Shown: in pieces, positions 47,968-58,382 of the stretch | How the letters are laid out: every line of letters starts with the position of its first letter | How positions within the stretch are numbered: position 1 is the stretch's first letter | Origin: an uncultured Nitrospiraceae bacterium | GTDB lineage: Bacteria; Nitrospirota; UBA9217 | Assembly: GCA_964586075.1 (NCBI GenBank) | Contig: CAZPGZ010000001.1 | Location: 149,099-213,098 of the forward strand | DNA length: 64,000 bases | Direction: 5' to 3' | Position numbers and translations under genes: made by a program | The notes under the pieces: model-generated | Seen by the model: the letters and a program-made list of their open reading frames with translations, nothing else | Database searches by the model: none | What the model was told of the DNA's origin: nothing

Positions 47968-48912
47968 TTACTCCAAGACTTTGTAGTTTACTGCAAATTT
48001 CGTTTTTGCCCGCAGGTCTGTCAACCATTGTTTGTACCGTGCGTCTTCCTTTTCATGCCGCAGCTTTTCTTCGATTTCCTTCCGGGCTTCCTCGAAGGTG
48101 ATTTTCCCTGCATGTCGTTTGTCCACGAGTTTGAAGATATGGTACCCGTAGGGGCTCTTGATAATCCCGCTCACGCCGCCTTTGGGCAGCCCGAACACCA
48201 CGTTGAATTCCTTCGGCATATCTCCCATGGCAAAATAACCAAGATCGCCGCCCTTTGCGGCTTCCGGCGCCGTAGACTTGTCGTGCGCAATGGTGGCAAA
48301 ATCCCCGCCCGCATGCAGAAGCTCCAGTACTTTTTTCGCATCGTCCTCGGTAGGAACCACGATCTGGCGCACGCGCACCTGCTCTGGCTTTTCAAACTCC
48401 TGGGGATTGGCCTGGTAGTACCGGCGCACGTCAGCAGATGACAGGGAAACGCGCCGGTAGACCTCGCTTTCGAGCAAATGCTGAATCATGAGCTCTTCCC
48501 AGAGGTCGGATTTCCATTTTTCAAAATCGACACCGAGCCCCGCCAGTTCCGTTGCGATGTCTTTTCCGTGTTCGCTGCGGAACGCTTCAACCCGCTTGTC
48601 TATTTCCGGCGTGCCGACTTTGATTCTTTTCCGCTGGGCTTCGCGCAGCAACATCGTGCGCTCGATCAGCCGGTTTAAAAATTCTTCTTTCACGGCACGG
48701 CTCGCGTCTCGCTCGGCCTTAAGCCCGGCGCGGGCAAATCGCTCCTGAAACTCGGAAAGCGTTATCGGGTCTCCATTTACGGTTGCCACCACTTTTGCAT
48801 CAGCCGTGGCCGCGCGCCCCTGATCGCCTTCTTCCTTTTTTTTGCAGGAAAAAAACAATAACCCCAGCAGCAGCACTGGGGTTATATATTTTGTCATCGG
48901 CAGCATGTTCAT
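47968..48912 (-). CDS. Parvulin-type peptidyl-prolyl isomerase (SurA/PpiD-like)
   Basis: PpiC domain (GGDLGYFAMGDM...). The internal ATG chosen avoids overlap with the upstream gene. Confidence 0.75.
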   Translation of the reverse strand: MNMLPMTKYITPVLLLGLLFFSCKKKEEGDQGRAATADAKVVATVNGDPITLSEFQERFARAGLKAERDASRAVKEEFLNRLIERTMLLREAQRKRIKVGTPEIDKRVEAFRSEHGKDIATELAGLGVDFEKWKSDLWEELMIQHLLESEVYRRVSLSSADVRRYYQANPQEFEKPEQVRVRQIVVPTEDDAKKVLELLHAGGDFATIAHDKSTAPEAAKGGDLGYFAMGDMPKEFNVVFGLPKGGVSGIIKSPYGYHIFKLVDKRHAGKITFEEARKEIEEKLRHEKEDARYKQWLTDLRAKTKFAVNYKVLE

Positions 48913-48922
48913 GGTGGATGTG

Positions 48923-49630
48923 TTATTTAGCTCCTTCTTTGGACGGTGCCGTCGTTTGCGACCAGTTTGCAACGGCTGCGTCCAGCGCCTTGTCGTCCAC
49001 GGACACGTTTGCTTTGGCTCTCAGATTCTTGGTGTATTCAATATAGATCGGACGTTGTTTCTCCTGGATAAGCCGCATTTTTATCTGCGGCGCTACGTCC
49101 TTAAAACTGATCTGCTTGCCGTCCGGCGTGCGGATTTTATCCTTGTTCTTGTTGTAGAAATCCAGTGCCTCCTTGTCGGTCGGCGCCGGCAGGCTGTTCA
49201 GTTTTTCGCTCAGATCTTTTTTCAACATGCTGTTAAAGAGCTCGTCCCGGGTTGCGGTTTGCAGCTGTTCATCGAGCTGCTTTTTCTGCTGGTCAAGCTG
49301 TTTTTTGAATTCCTCGATTTTTTTCTTCCGTGCATCCATGTTCTTTATGAATTCCGCGTCTTTGTCGAGTCCCTGCTTTTTTGCTTCCTGGATCACCAGC
49401 TCAATGCCGATAAGGTCTTCGATATAGTCCTTGCGCATTTTGGGATCGGCGGCCACGGCCTCCTGCAGCTGCGGGGCCAAATCATCATATTGTTTTTTTA
49501 AATCGGCAACAGTGATTTTCTCCCTGTTTATTTTCGCCAGTACGGTATTGTCGGATCCTTTATTGCAGCCCGGCAGCAGAACGGCCAGTGCGATGACGAA
49601 AACACTCAATGCTCTATAAATGGTTGTCAT
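48923..49630 (-). CDS. SurA N-terminal-domain lipoprotein (chaperone-like)
   Basis: Lipobox LLPGC and a Lys/Glu-rich helical body. Confidence 0.6.
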   Translation of the reverse strand: MTTIYRALSVFVIALAVLLPGCNKGSDNTVLAKINREKITVADLKKQYDDLAPQLQEAVAADPKMRKDYIEDLIGIELVIQEAKKQGLDKDAEFIKNMDARKKKIEEFKKQLDQQKKQLDEQLQTATRDELFNSMLKKDLSEKLNSLPAPTDKEALDFYNKNKDKIRTPDGKQISFKDVAPQIKMRLIQEKQRPIYIEYTKNLRAKANVSVDDKALDAAVANWSQTTAPSKEGAK

Positions 49631-49709
49631 GTAGCGATATCCTCCACTCTTTTTATAGTCACGGTTTTGTTTCCTGACTGTATCGTGCAGTGTGGTTCTT
49701 ATAACACAC

Positions 49710-52700
49710 TTATAACAGCTCCTGCAAGCACTTTTTCACGGCGTTGGATGCCGTTGCAAGCGATTGATCGGGCAGTGCAAGCTGGAGCGTGTATTCCGGA
49801 ATTAGTTTGATCCGTCCTTTGTTCTTTTTAAGCAGAGACATGACCTTCTCCGGCGCAACGGCAGCATGCTCCGCAAAGGTTATATTGACGAACTCTTTCG
49901 CAGCGTCGATTCTTGCCACGGAAGCGCGGCGGGCGATGCACTTGACGCTCATGATCTCGATCAGGTTCTCCACCGGTTCAGGCAGTCTGCCGTACCGGTC
50001 CTGCAGCTCTTCTCTGATGGCGGCGAGGCCTGACTCGTCCGTTTCTCCCGCGATTTCCTTATAGGCGGCAAGCCGCAGGCTGACATCGTTGATGTAATCC
50101 TCAGGAATAAACGCCGATGCGCGCAGGTTGATGAGCGTGTCCGGTTTCGTTTCGAACGTTTCGCCGCGCTGTTCTGCGATGGCCTCTTCCATCATCTGGG
50201 TGTAAAGGTCGATCCCTACCGCAGCAATGTGGCCCGACTGCTGCTTACCGAGCAAATTCCCGGCTCCGCGCGTTTCCAGATCCTGTGCCGCGATGCGGAA
50301 TCCTGCTCCGAGCTCGGAAAGCTCCTGAATTGCCCTGAGCCGTTTGCGCGCCGTGTCCGAAAGCAATTCGTCGGACGGCGTGAGCAGGTATGCGTAGGCC
50401 TTTTCCCGGCTTCTGCCGACCCTGCCTTTGATCTGGTACAGGTCGGCGAGGCCGAAGCGGTCAGCACGGTTTATGATTATGGAATTCGCGGTCGGAATAT
50501 CGATGCCGGATTCGATGATGGTTGTGGTCACCAGCACGTTCAGCGCGCCGTGAATAAACCGCGACATCACGTCTTCGATTTCCTCATCCCCCATTTGTCC
50601 ATGGGCGATTCCGACTTTTGCCTCCGGTACAAGGTTCTGGACAAATGACGCCATTCGCTCGATGCCCTGTACGCGGTTATGCACGAAGAAAACCTGGCCG
50701 TTCCGTTCGAGCTCGCGCAGAATGGCCTCCCGGATCACCCGTTTTCCGAAACGCGCCAGCACGACCTGGATCGCCTGCCGGTCCAGCGGCGGGGTTTGAA
50801 TGATGGAGAGATCCCGCAAACCCGCAAGCGACATGTGCAGCGTCCGGGGGATCGGCGTGGCGGTAAGCGTCAGCACATCCACCAGCTTTTTGAATTCCTT
50901 GATGCGTTCCTTGTGGCGCACTCCGAATTTGTGCTCTTCGTCCACGACCAGAAGGCCGAGATTTTTGAACGAAACATCCTTTTGAAGCAGACGATGCGTC
51001 CCTATCACGATGTCCACGCTGCCGCGCTTGAGACCTGCGATGGTCTCCTTAATTTCTGCTTTTGTGCGGAACCGTGAAAGCATCTCCACCCGGGCTGAAA
51101 ACGGCGCGAGCCGTTCGGAGAACGTCCTGCAGTGCTGATCCGCAAGCAGCGTTGTCGGCACGAGCACCGCGGCCTGAAAACCGTCCTCCACTGCCTTGAA
51201 TGCGGCCCGGAGCGCCACTTCCGTCTTACCGTATCCCACATCACCGCAAACGACCCGGTCCATCGGCCGCGGACGCTGCATGTCAGCAAGGACCTCTTCA
51301 ATGGCCTTCTGCTGATCCGGCGTTTCCTCGAAAGGAAATGCTCCTTCAAACTCGCGATACAGGTTGTCGGGAGGCGAGAAGGCCGTCCGCTGCATTGCCT
51401 CGCGTGCCGCGTAAATGGCCACAAGCTCCTGGGCCATCTCGAGGATGTCTTTTTTAACCTTTTCCTTGGTTTTTGCCCATGCGGGCGCCCCGAGCCGGTT
51501 GAGCCTGGGCTGCATCCCTTCAACGCCGATGTACTTCTGGACCTTGTCGAGACTGTACAGCGGGACATAGAGCTTGGCATCCGGTTCATAGCGCAGCACG
51601 AGAAAGTCGGTCTCAAAACCATCCACGTTTATGTGCGTAAGGCCCTGGTATTCACCGACGCCGTAATCCGTGTGGACGACAAAATCCCCGGGCTTGAGCT
51701 CTTTAAACGTCGAGAGAAACGGCGTTATGCGCGATTTTCTGGGCGCAATACGGTGTACTTTTTTGCCGAATATTTCCTCTTCGGTGATAATCGAGATTCC
51801 GAGGTCAGGCCACGAAAACCCTTCGGAAAGCCTGCCGCTTGTCGCAATAACGGTCCAGGGCCCTTCCTCCCGGTTGTCGCTTGCCGGGCCGAGCAGGATG
51901 CCGAGATCATAATCCTGAAACAGTTTTTTGATCCGGGCAGCTGCTTCATCCGTGCCGCAGACGATCCAGACTCGGTTCGTCCGGCGCAGCTGTTTCAGCT
52001 TTTCAACCAGAGCAGTCATCGTGCCGTCGCGGGGTCCTGCCGCATCACGGTCCGTATCCAGCGGTTTGGTAAGCTTCATGCCGAGCCATGCGGCGGATTT
52101 TGTATCCATGCGATGTCCGGCATTGCTGCCGAGCAGTAACAAATCTACCCCTGAAAACCGTTCCATGTCGGACTCGACGCCGTCCGGGTCAAGGTACATC
52201 TCCTGCGCATCGGGAAGCTGCCGCCCCTCGTTGACTTCTTCCTGCCGGCCTTCGGTTATTTTCAGCATTCTTTCCGTCAGCGCCTGTTTGATGTCGTCAG
52301 GTTCGATGCGCACAAAGAGACTTTCCTGCGGCAGGTAGTCGAACAGGGTCCCCATGTCATAGAAAAAGGGTGCGAGAAACTCCGCGCCCTGCGGGAGGTT
52401 TCCATCCCGGACCTGATTGATGAGCGCTTCGTTGTTAACCCGGTTTGCAAAGCGTTCGATCTGTTCCTGTCCGAGCAGGAGCTCCCGCACGGGCAGTATG
52501 ATGGCGCTGCGGATTTCCGCAAGAGAACGCTGCGTATCGTTGTCAAACTCACGTATTGATTCCACGACATCACCCGCGAATTCCAGCCGTACCGGATTTT
52601 CGTGCAGCGGCGAAAAAAAATCCAGAATTCCTCCCCGCCTGCTGAACTCTCCTGTCCGCGTCACGAGCGACGCGGATTCATAACCGGCAGACACGAGCGT

Positions 52701-53213
52701 CTGCACAATGCTGTCCGGATCGCTTTCGGTCCCCGGCGTAATGGTCTTTACAGCGTCGGCAAAGAGTTCCCAGGGCGGAAGCTTCTGCATGAGCGCGGGG
52801 GCGGGAACCACGTGGATACCCGGAGCGCGGGTGATAAGGTTATACAGAAACCGCATGCGCTCGCCCACGGTTCTGCTGTCAGGCGAATCAGTTTCGAAGG
52901 GAAGAATGCTCCAGGAAGGGAACAGAAAAATTCCGGCGTCTACGCGGGATTCGGTTTCTTTTTCTTCTTTGTTTTGAAACTGTTCATCGAAGGAAAGGAT
53001 TGGACGCTGTTTAAAAAAAGCGAGATCTTCTGCCACGGTCACGGCTTCTTCCTCGTGAGCCGTTACGATGACGATGGGACGGCCTGTCAGGCGCTGAAGA
53101 CTGAACAAAAAAAGGGCTTTTGCCGCCCCCCAAAGCTCGCTCACCTCTGTTTTTTTTCGTTCTGCCCGAATATCATTGACAACAGGCAAAATTATGTCTG
53201 CTAACTTTTTCAT
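49710..53213 (-). CDS. mfd: Transcription-repair coupling factor Mfd
   Basis: About 1170 aa. It has a UvrB-homology region, an RNAP-interaction region, an SF2 helicase core (GDVGYGKTEVA, DEEH) and a TRCF C-terminus. Confidence 0.95.
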   Translation of the reverse strand: MKKLADIILPVVNDIRAERKKTEVSELWGAAKALFLFSLQRLTGRPIVIVTAHEEEAVTVAEDLAFFKQRPILSFDEQFQNKEEKETESRVDAGIFLFPSWSILPFETDSPDSRTVGERMRFLYNLITRAPGIHVVPAPALMQKLPPWELFADAVKTITPGTESDPDSIVQTLVSAGYESASLVTRTGEFSRRGGILDFFSPLHENPVRLEFAGDVVESIREFDNDTQRSLAEIRSAIILPVRELLLGQEQIERFANRVNNEALINQVRDGNLPQGAEFLAPFFYDMGTLFDYLPQESLFVRIEPDDIKQALTERMLKITEGRQEEVNEGRQLPDAQEMYLDPDGVESDMERFSGVDLLLLGSNAGHRMDTKSAAWLGMKLTKPLDTDRDAAGPRDGTMTALVEKLKQLRRTNRVWIVCGTDEAAARIKKLFQDYDLGILLGPASDNREEGPWTVIATSGRLSEGFSWPDLGISIITEEEIFGKKVHRIAPRKSRITPFLSTFKELKPGDFVVHTDYGVGEYQGLTHINVDGFETDFLVLRYEPDAKLYVPLYSLDKVQKYIGVEGMQPRLNRLGAPAWAKTKEKVKKDILEMAQELVAIYAAREAMQRTAFSPPDNLYREFEGAFPFEETPDQQKAIEEVLADMQRPRPMDRVVCGDVGYGKTEVALRAAFKAVEDGFQAAVLVPTTLLADQHCRTFSERLAPFSARVEMLSRFRTKAEIKETIAGLKRGSVDIVIGTHRLLQKDVSFKNLGLLVVDEEHKFGVRHKERIKEFKKLVDVLTLTATPIPRTLHMSLAGLRDLSIIQTPPLDRQAIQVVLARFGKRVIREAILRELERNGQVFFVHNRVQGIERMASFVQNLVPEAKVGIAHGQMGDEEIEDVMSRFIHGALNVLVTTTIIESGIDIPTANSIIINRADRFGLADLYQIKGRVGRSREKAYAYLLTPSDELLSDTARKRLRAIQELSELGAGFRIAAQDLETRGAGNLLGKQQSGHIAAVGIDLYTQMMEEAIAEQRGETFETKPDTLINLRASAFIPEDYINDVSLRLAAYKEIAGETDESGLAAIREELQDRYGRLPEPVENLIEIMSVKCIARRASVARIDAAKEFVNITFAEHAAVAPEKVMSLLKKNKGRIKLIPEYTLQLALPDQSLATASNAVKKCLQELL

Positions 53214-53331
53214 GCGAAAACAATATAACATAGCGCCAAAACCAATTCAACTAATGCGGGTTTCTTCTGCGTGCTCTGAGATTCTTCTTGATATACCCTT
53301 TTCAATTCTATAAAATTCACAACAGGCTGCG

Positions 53332-53598
53332 ATGAACAAGAAAACCTCAAAACAATGGTTTCTCTATATCCTAAAATGTTGTGATGGCTCGCTATATACC
53401 GGCATTACAAACGACCTTGCGCGGCGGATGAAGCAACATTCAGAAGGAACAGCTTCACGCTACACGCGGAGCCGTTTGCCGGTGCGCTTTCTTTTTCAGG
53501 AGCCATGCCGCGGAAAATCTGAAGCGTTAAGGAAGGAATATGCGATGAAAGCCTTAACACGCAAACAAAAGGAGCTGTATATCAAAAATCATGAATGA
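53332..53598 (+). CDS. GIY-YIG nuclease-family protein (UPF0213)
   Basis: 88 aa (WFLYILKCCDGSLYTGITNDLARRMKQH). Confidence 0.8.
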   Translation: MNKKTSKQWFLYILKCCDGSLYTGITNDLARRMKQHSEGTASRYTRSRLPVRFLFQEPCRGKSEALRKEYAMKALTRKQKELYIKNHE

Positions 53599-54748
53599 AC
53601 GATACTTCACCTCCTATCGACAGGAATTCCCGATTACGAAAAAATACCTCTACTTCGATCATGCGGGGGTGTCGCCTGTCCCTCTCAGGGTAAAAGCAGC
53701 TGTCCAATCTTTTTTAGCGGAATCATCGAAAAACGGCGCCTTCTTCTACCCGCAATGGTCACAGCGAATAACTGAAGTCAGAAAAGCATGCGCGGCGCTG
53801 GTCAATGCAGAGGAGCAGGAGATTGCCTTCGTAAAAAATACTTCTCACGGTTTGTCAATCGTGGCGGAAGGTCTCGACTGGAAGCCTGGAGACAACCTTC
53901 TCGTTTATGAGCAGGAGTTCCCCGCAAATCTGTATCCCTGGATGCATGTTCAGCGAAAAGGCGTGGACGTCAAGATCATTCCCTCGCGCAACGGGTACAT
54001 ATGTCTTGAGGACTTGGAGAGCCGGATGGACGCGGGAACGCGTCTCGTGTCCCTGAGTTCGGTACAGTTTACTAACGGATACCGCGCTGATCTGAAAAAA
54101 ATCGGCGAGCTTTGCAGAAGCAGAGGGGTTCTTTTCTGTGTCGATGCGATCCAAAGCCTGGGCATAATCCCGATGGATGTAAAAAACTATTACATCGATT
54201 TTCTCTCTGCGGATTCACATAAATGGCTCCTTGGCCCTGAAGGCATCGGGATTTTTTTCTGCAGAGCCGCTCTCGCTCAAAAGTTGATGCCGCCGCTTAT
54301 TGGTTGGAAATCGGTGAGAACGGAATTCGATTTTGAACACCCGGTTTTTTCTCTCAAGCCCGACGCTTTGCGTTTTGAAGAGGGATCTCTCAACCTTATG
54401 GGTATTTTCGGTCTTGGAGCCGCTCTGGACCTTCTTTTCGAAGTGGGAATAGAAAATATCGAGGAACGCGTGCTGGAACTTGGTGATGAGATTTTCAAGG
54501 AAGCGGAGAAAAGAAACTACCGGATGCTGACTCCTCAAACCCGCACAGAGCGGGGTGGCAGTATTACATTTTCCGGCAATTTCGACCCTGTACAGATGAA
54601 AGATGCGCTGCTGGAAGCGGGGGTCATGGTCAATGTGCGCGGCGGTGGTCTTCGCGTATCACCGCATTTTTACAATACCAAGGTAGAAATCAGGCAATTA
54701 TTTCGAACCATGGACCGATTGGCTCGGAAGAAGCATCTTGCGCCGTAA
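53591..54748 (+). CDS. Class V aminotransferase-fold PLP-dependent enzyme (cysteine desulfurase/selenocysteine lyase-like)
   Basis: 385 aa with a conserved Lys region (SADSHKWLLGPEG). Confidence 0.8.
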   Translation: MNERYFTSYRQEFPITKKYLYFDHAGVSPVPLRVKAAVQSFLAESSKNGAFFYPQWSQRITEVRKACAALVNAEEQEIAFVKNTSHGLSIVAEGLDWKPGDNLLVYEQEFPANLYPWMHVQRKGVDVKIIPSRNGYICLEDLESRMDAGTRLVSLSSVQFTNGYRADLKKIGELCRSRGVLFCVDAIQSLGIIPMDVKNYYIDFLSADSHKWLLGPEGIGIFFCRAALAQKLMPPLIGWKSVRTEFDFEHPVFSLKPDALRFEEGSLNLMGIFGLGAALDLLFEVGIENIEERVLELGDEIFKEAEKRNYRMLTPQTRTERGGSITFSGNFDPVQMKDALLEAGVMVNVRGGGLRVSPHFYNTKVEIRQLFRTMDRLARKKHLAP

Positions 54749-54861
54749 CATAGGAATCAGCCGGAGCAAAGCGGTCGATTGTATTGCCTGGTTGGTCAAT
54801 GCTTAAATAGCATCGTCCCCTTTATTTTGTTTCCTCGAAATATACAAGATCGAGTTTATTT

Positions 54862-56934
54862 TTATGGCGTTGTCAGATTAAGCGTTATTTCCGTTCCCGC
54901 TGTGCCGCATAAAAGCAGGTATTTGGAGCCGGCTCCGGAAAAAGAAGCCGTACCGCTTCCAATTCCGGACGACAGCTCATTAAAGTCGGCATCATAGACA
55001 AACCAGTAGGGGGCCTGGCTGACGGAAAGTGAACCTGTGGACGGCAGGCGGCGCCATTCGGAGAATCCGTCGCTGTCTATCACCACGGTGCCGGCACCCG
55101 ATGTAAGAAGCGGCAGGCCGGACAGGGGACGATAGAGATAACTGCCAACTCGAAGCCAGTTTTCACTGTTCCAGGTTTCAATTCCCGCATCCATCAAGTC
55201 TGTTGCGCTGTCCGGCAGTGTCAGATACATTCCATCAAGCCGGTTGTCAGAAGTCGGGGTCATGTCGCGCAGAACCTTGTTGCCGAACAAATAACCGATC
55301 AGGTCAGTGATCGTTCTTAGCCCGAAGACAGCATTGCCTTTCAAGATCAAAAAATACCAAGGGTCGGCGTTGACCGGAAGCCATGCCTCACCTATCCGTG
55401 CCTGCCAGGCAGCGGAGATTGCCGCTCTGTTCTCTAAGCGTTGTGCGAAGAGAAAGGCAACGCTGTAATGTCCCATTCCCCGTTTCAGACGGAGGGCTAA
55501 ATATTGATATCCTCCCCGTGTGAGCAGGCGCAGTGCGGTAAACGGATCGTCATCAGCAGCGTACCAGCCGTCGCTGCGCAGTTTGAAGTTTACATATTTC
55601 GGCGTCCAGTCGCTTCGATATTCGGATACCGAGAGGGAGTCATCCGCTCCAAAACTCAGGCGATATGCGCCGCTTCCAGCAGCATAAAATCCCGTGTAAG
55701 TGCTTTTCTCCTCCGCCGTGACGGTTTGCACTGGAAGCGAGGCGCCAGCCAGCTGCGCCGGCATTGCGGAAAGCCGGCCGCTTTCAACCAGCGCGCGAAG
55801 CAGAATGCGCTCCGAAATTTTCACGGCGTGTCTGGAGGCAAACTGATTGGATGCGCCCATGACCACGACGCCCAGTTTCTCATTGGGCAGTACGGCGATA
55901 TTGGCTCCATACAATCCGCTCATATCGCCTGTTTTTTGCCATGCCGTAAAGCCCGCTGCCGAGAGACCCGGCTGCGCAACCGTATCCCACCCCAGACCGA
56001 ACCGGTTTTCTTCAAACGAAACTGGGTTAAAAGATCCCAGCCGCTGATCTTGCGCCATGGCGGCGATGGATCTTGCGGTAAGAATCCGGGAAGTACCGTA
56101 AACACCATTATTAATAAACAGGGTGGCCAGACGGGATAATTCTTCGGGGGTGGTAAACAGACCTCCCGAGCTGTATACGTTGACGTAATATTGCGTAAGT
56201 TTGGTATCCCCGGAGTAGGCCCGGGCGTATGAGCCGTCGGGCAGAGGTTCAATATGGTACCGGCTGGAATTCATACCCAGCGGGGTCAGGATGTTTTCTC
56301 GGACAAAATTCTGGTAATTCTGTCCGGTTACTGCTTTGACCAGGTTGGCAACCATCGTGAAGCCATCGTTGTTATACGCGCTGAATAATCCGGGATTGTG
56401 CTTCAATCTCTGATACTGCAATCCGTCCATCATCTGCTCGGCATAGCCGGGAAAGGGATTTACCGTGAGGGTGCCTCTCGAGTCGTTTCCAGGAAGTCCG
56501 GAAGAGTGGTTTAAAAGCATTCTGACCGTGATGTCACGGTAACGCCCGTCAAGTGGCATCATGAAACCGGGAATGTACGTCGTGACCGGATCTTCCAGTG
56601 ATACATCTCCCCGATCCACAAGAATCATGACAGAGACCGTAGCTAGCATCTTGCTGACCGAGCAGGCGGCATACAGGGTCGCGGGGGTTGCACTCCGGCC
56701 GGCCTCCCGGTCTGCACTACCGAAAGCTTCCGACCAGATGACTCCGTTGTTATCCACCAAAGCGACGGAAACCGACGTGGCGCCGGTTTCGGCCATAACC
56801 TCCTGCACTGCGGCGCGCCCTTCGACGATTGTCGCGTCGTATCGCGCATTAGAATTACTGCTGCTGCATCCGGAGAGCAGAAGGAATAAAAAGAAAAGTA
56901 AAAGCACTGCCGCATGTCGGAATATGAATTTCAT
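54862..56934 (-). CDS. Serine hydrolase of the beta-lactamase/PBP family, lipoprotein
   Basis: Lipobox LSGC. The SxxK active-site motif is CSVSK. The protein is 690 aa with a C-terminal extension. Confidence 0.8.
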   Translation of the reverse strand: MKFIFRHAAVLLLFFLFLLLSGCSSSNSNARYDATIVEGRAAVQEVMAETGATSVSVALVDNNGVIWSEAFGSADREAGRSATPATLYAACSVSKMLATVSVMILVDRGDVSLEDPVTTYIPGFMMPLDGRYRDITVRMLLNHSSGLPGNDSRGTLTVNPFPGYAEQMMDGLQYQRLKHNPGLFSAYNNDGFTMVANLVKAVTGQNYQNFVRENILTPLGMNSSRYHIEPLPDGSYARAYSGDTKLTQYYVNVYSSGGLFTTPEELSRLATLFINNGVYGTSRILTARSIAAMAQDQRLGSFNPVSFEENRFGLGWDTVAQPGLSAAGFTAWQKTGDMSGLYGANIAVLPNEKLGVVVMGASNQFASRHAVKISERILLRALVESGRLSAMPAQLAGASLPVQTVTAEEKSTYTGFYAAGSGAYRLSFGADDSLSVSEYRSDWTPKYVNFKLRSDGWYAADDDPFTALRLLTRGGYQYLALRLKRGMGHYSVAFLFAQRLENRAAISAAWQARIGEAWLPVNADPWYFLILKGNAVFGLRTITDLIGYLFGNKVLRDMTPTSDNRLDGMYLTLPDSATDLMDAGIETWNSENWLRVGSYLYRPLSGLPLLTSGAGTVVIDSDGFSEWRRLPSTGSLSVSQAPYWFVYDADFNELSSGIGSGTASFSGAGSKYLLLCGTAGTEITLNLTTP

Positions 56935-57012
56935 TAAAAACCCTCTTCCCTTCCTTTGTCAACACGCTTGCCAAAGACACGAAACTGCAACGTATAGACT
57001 TTCCACTCCTCT

Positions 57013-57384
57013 TCACCAAGTTTGAGTAGCTGAATCGATGGTTACCGCCAACGTGGCTCGCAGCCAATTGAACTTTGCTTTCATGAAATCAAAATCAGGT
57101 CCGGATGTTATGAAGGTTGCCTTTCCCTTGATCAAGAAACCGGCACCTGGTCCATGCAAGCCTTTAACTTTGCTGCTTCCCAGCGTAATCAGCACATTCG
57201 GGTTGTGAGCAATGTTAGCTTCTGTCTTATGCATGTAACCTGCAGGAATAAACAATCGTCCGTCTGATGATATTCTGAGGTAGCTATTCCAGGTGTTGAC
57301 CATATGCGGTCCATCTTTTCCCAATGTCGCAATGGCAATAACCCCATCCTGTTTCATAATTTCCAGCAGTTTTTCTGGGATCAT
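57013..57384 (-). CDS. Pyridoxamine 5'-phosphate oxidase-family (FMN-binding split-barrel) protein
   Basis: 123 aa with a PNPOx-like pattern. Confidence 0.65.
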   Translation of the reverse strand: MIPEKLLEIMKQDGVIAIATLGKDGPHMVNTWNSYLRISSDGRLFIPAGYMHKTEANIAHNPNVLITLGSSKVKGLHGPGAGFLIKGKATFITSGPDFDFMKAKFNWLRATLAVTIDSATQTW

Positions 57385-57524
57385 CGCATACCTCCCGTTG
57401 TTTAGTTTTTGTTCTGTCTAACAAAAAAATCAGCCGGAACATAGCGATCGGCTGGATTGCCGGGTTGGGCAAGTGGTTCTGCTATCGAGAGTACAAGAAA
57501 AATAGCACTCCTGGCTGCCTCTCA

Positions 57525-58106
57525 TTAATTACCTTTCATTACTGCCACAAAATCCCGATGCGTAACAATCTTGTTCACAAATTCATAAAAAGCAGGATTG
57601 GCAACCATAGATATTCCTCCTGGTGCAAATAATGGAAATACAAGCAGTCTATCGGCAGCAACAGGATAAATGATAACTTTCGACTCCCGTCCGGCGCTGT
57701 AAACCTCAACAGTAGCCTGCATATCTGCAATTTTATGAAAGGCTGATCCTCCGACTTCCTTAGTGCCGGCCCAAAATTGAGTAATTTTTATTTTGAGGAG
57801 GACCTGACCATTTTGACTGCCCGCGCCAACGACTCGGTGCCCGTTATTTTCGAGTTCCTTCTTTAAAGCAGAACCTAGGCTTATTGAGGAATATTGCGCT
57901 ATCGATGAATTCCTTTCAACAACATCTTTTTCAGCGGAGGGGCGCTGATCGATGACCTCAAGAGATACATTGACAGGTTTTAATGAACGCAGCACGTCGT
58001 TAACTGTGGGATCGTAATCCAAATTGACATTTCGGTGAATTCTCCCCGTAGCACAGCCAACGAGCAGAATGCTTGCAGAAATGATAATAAAGAAACCTCT
58101 AATCAT
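57525..58106 (-). CDS. Hypothetical lipoprotein (YajG-like size and features)
   Basis: Lipobox LLVGC from the internal ATG. The track start at 58241 adds an implausible 45-aa leader. Confidence 0.5.
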   Translation of the reverse strand: MIRGFFIIISASILLVGCATGRIHRNVNLDYDPTVNDVLRSLKPVNVSLEVIDQRPSAEKDVVERNSSIAQYSSISLGSALKKELENNGHRVVGAGSQNGQVLLKIKITQFWAGTKEVGGSAFHKIADMQATVEVYSAGRESKVIIYPVAADRLLVFPLFAPGGISMVANPAFYEFVNKIVTHRDFVAVMKGN

Positions 58107-58382
58107 TTTAACATGTTTAAGAATATATCCAGACGATAGCTTCATGAGATAGTAAAATTTCATTGTTTTTCTTTCGTCAAATAAAATAAGCCCAATTAAG
58201 AAGAACGATGATCTATACACACAGCGTGCTGAGCAAAACAATCACAGAAATAAAACTCCGCTTGGTTTTTAATCTCTTTTATATCAAGTTGCAAAACATT
58301 TGCATTGCTTTGTTCTTGATGCGGTATTGACACATCCATTGATAATGAAGCAAGATGAGATCTTATTTAAACCGACATGAAC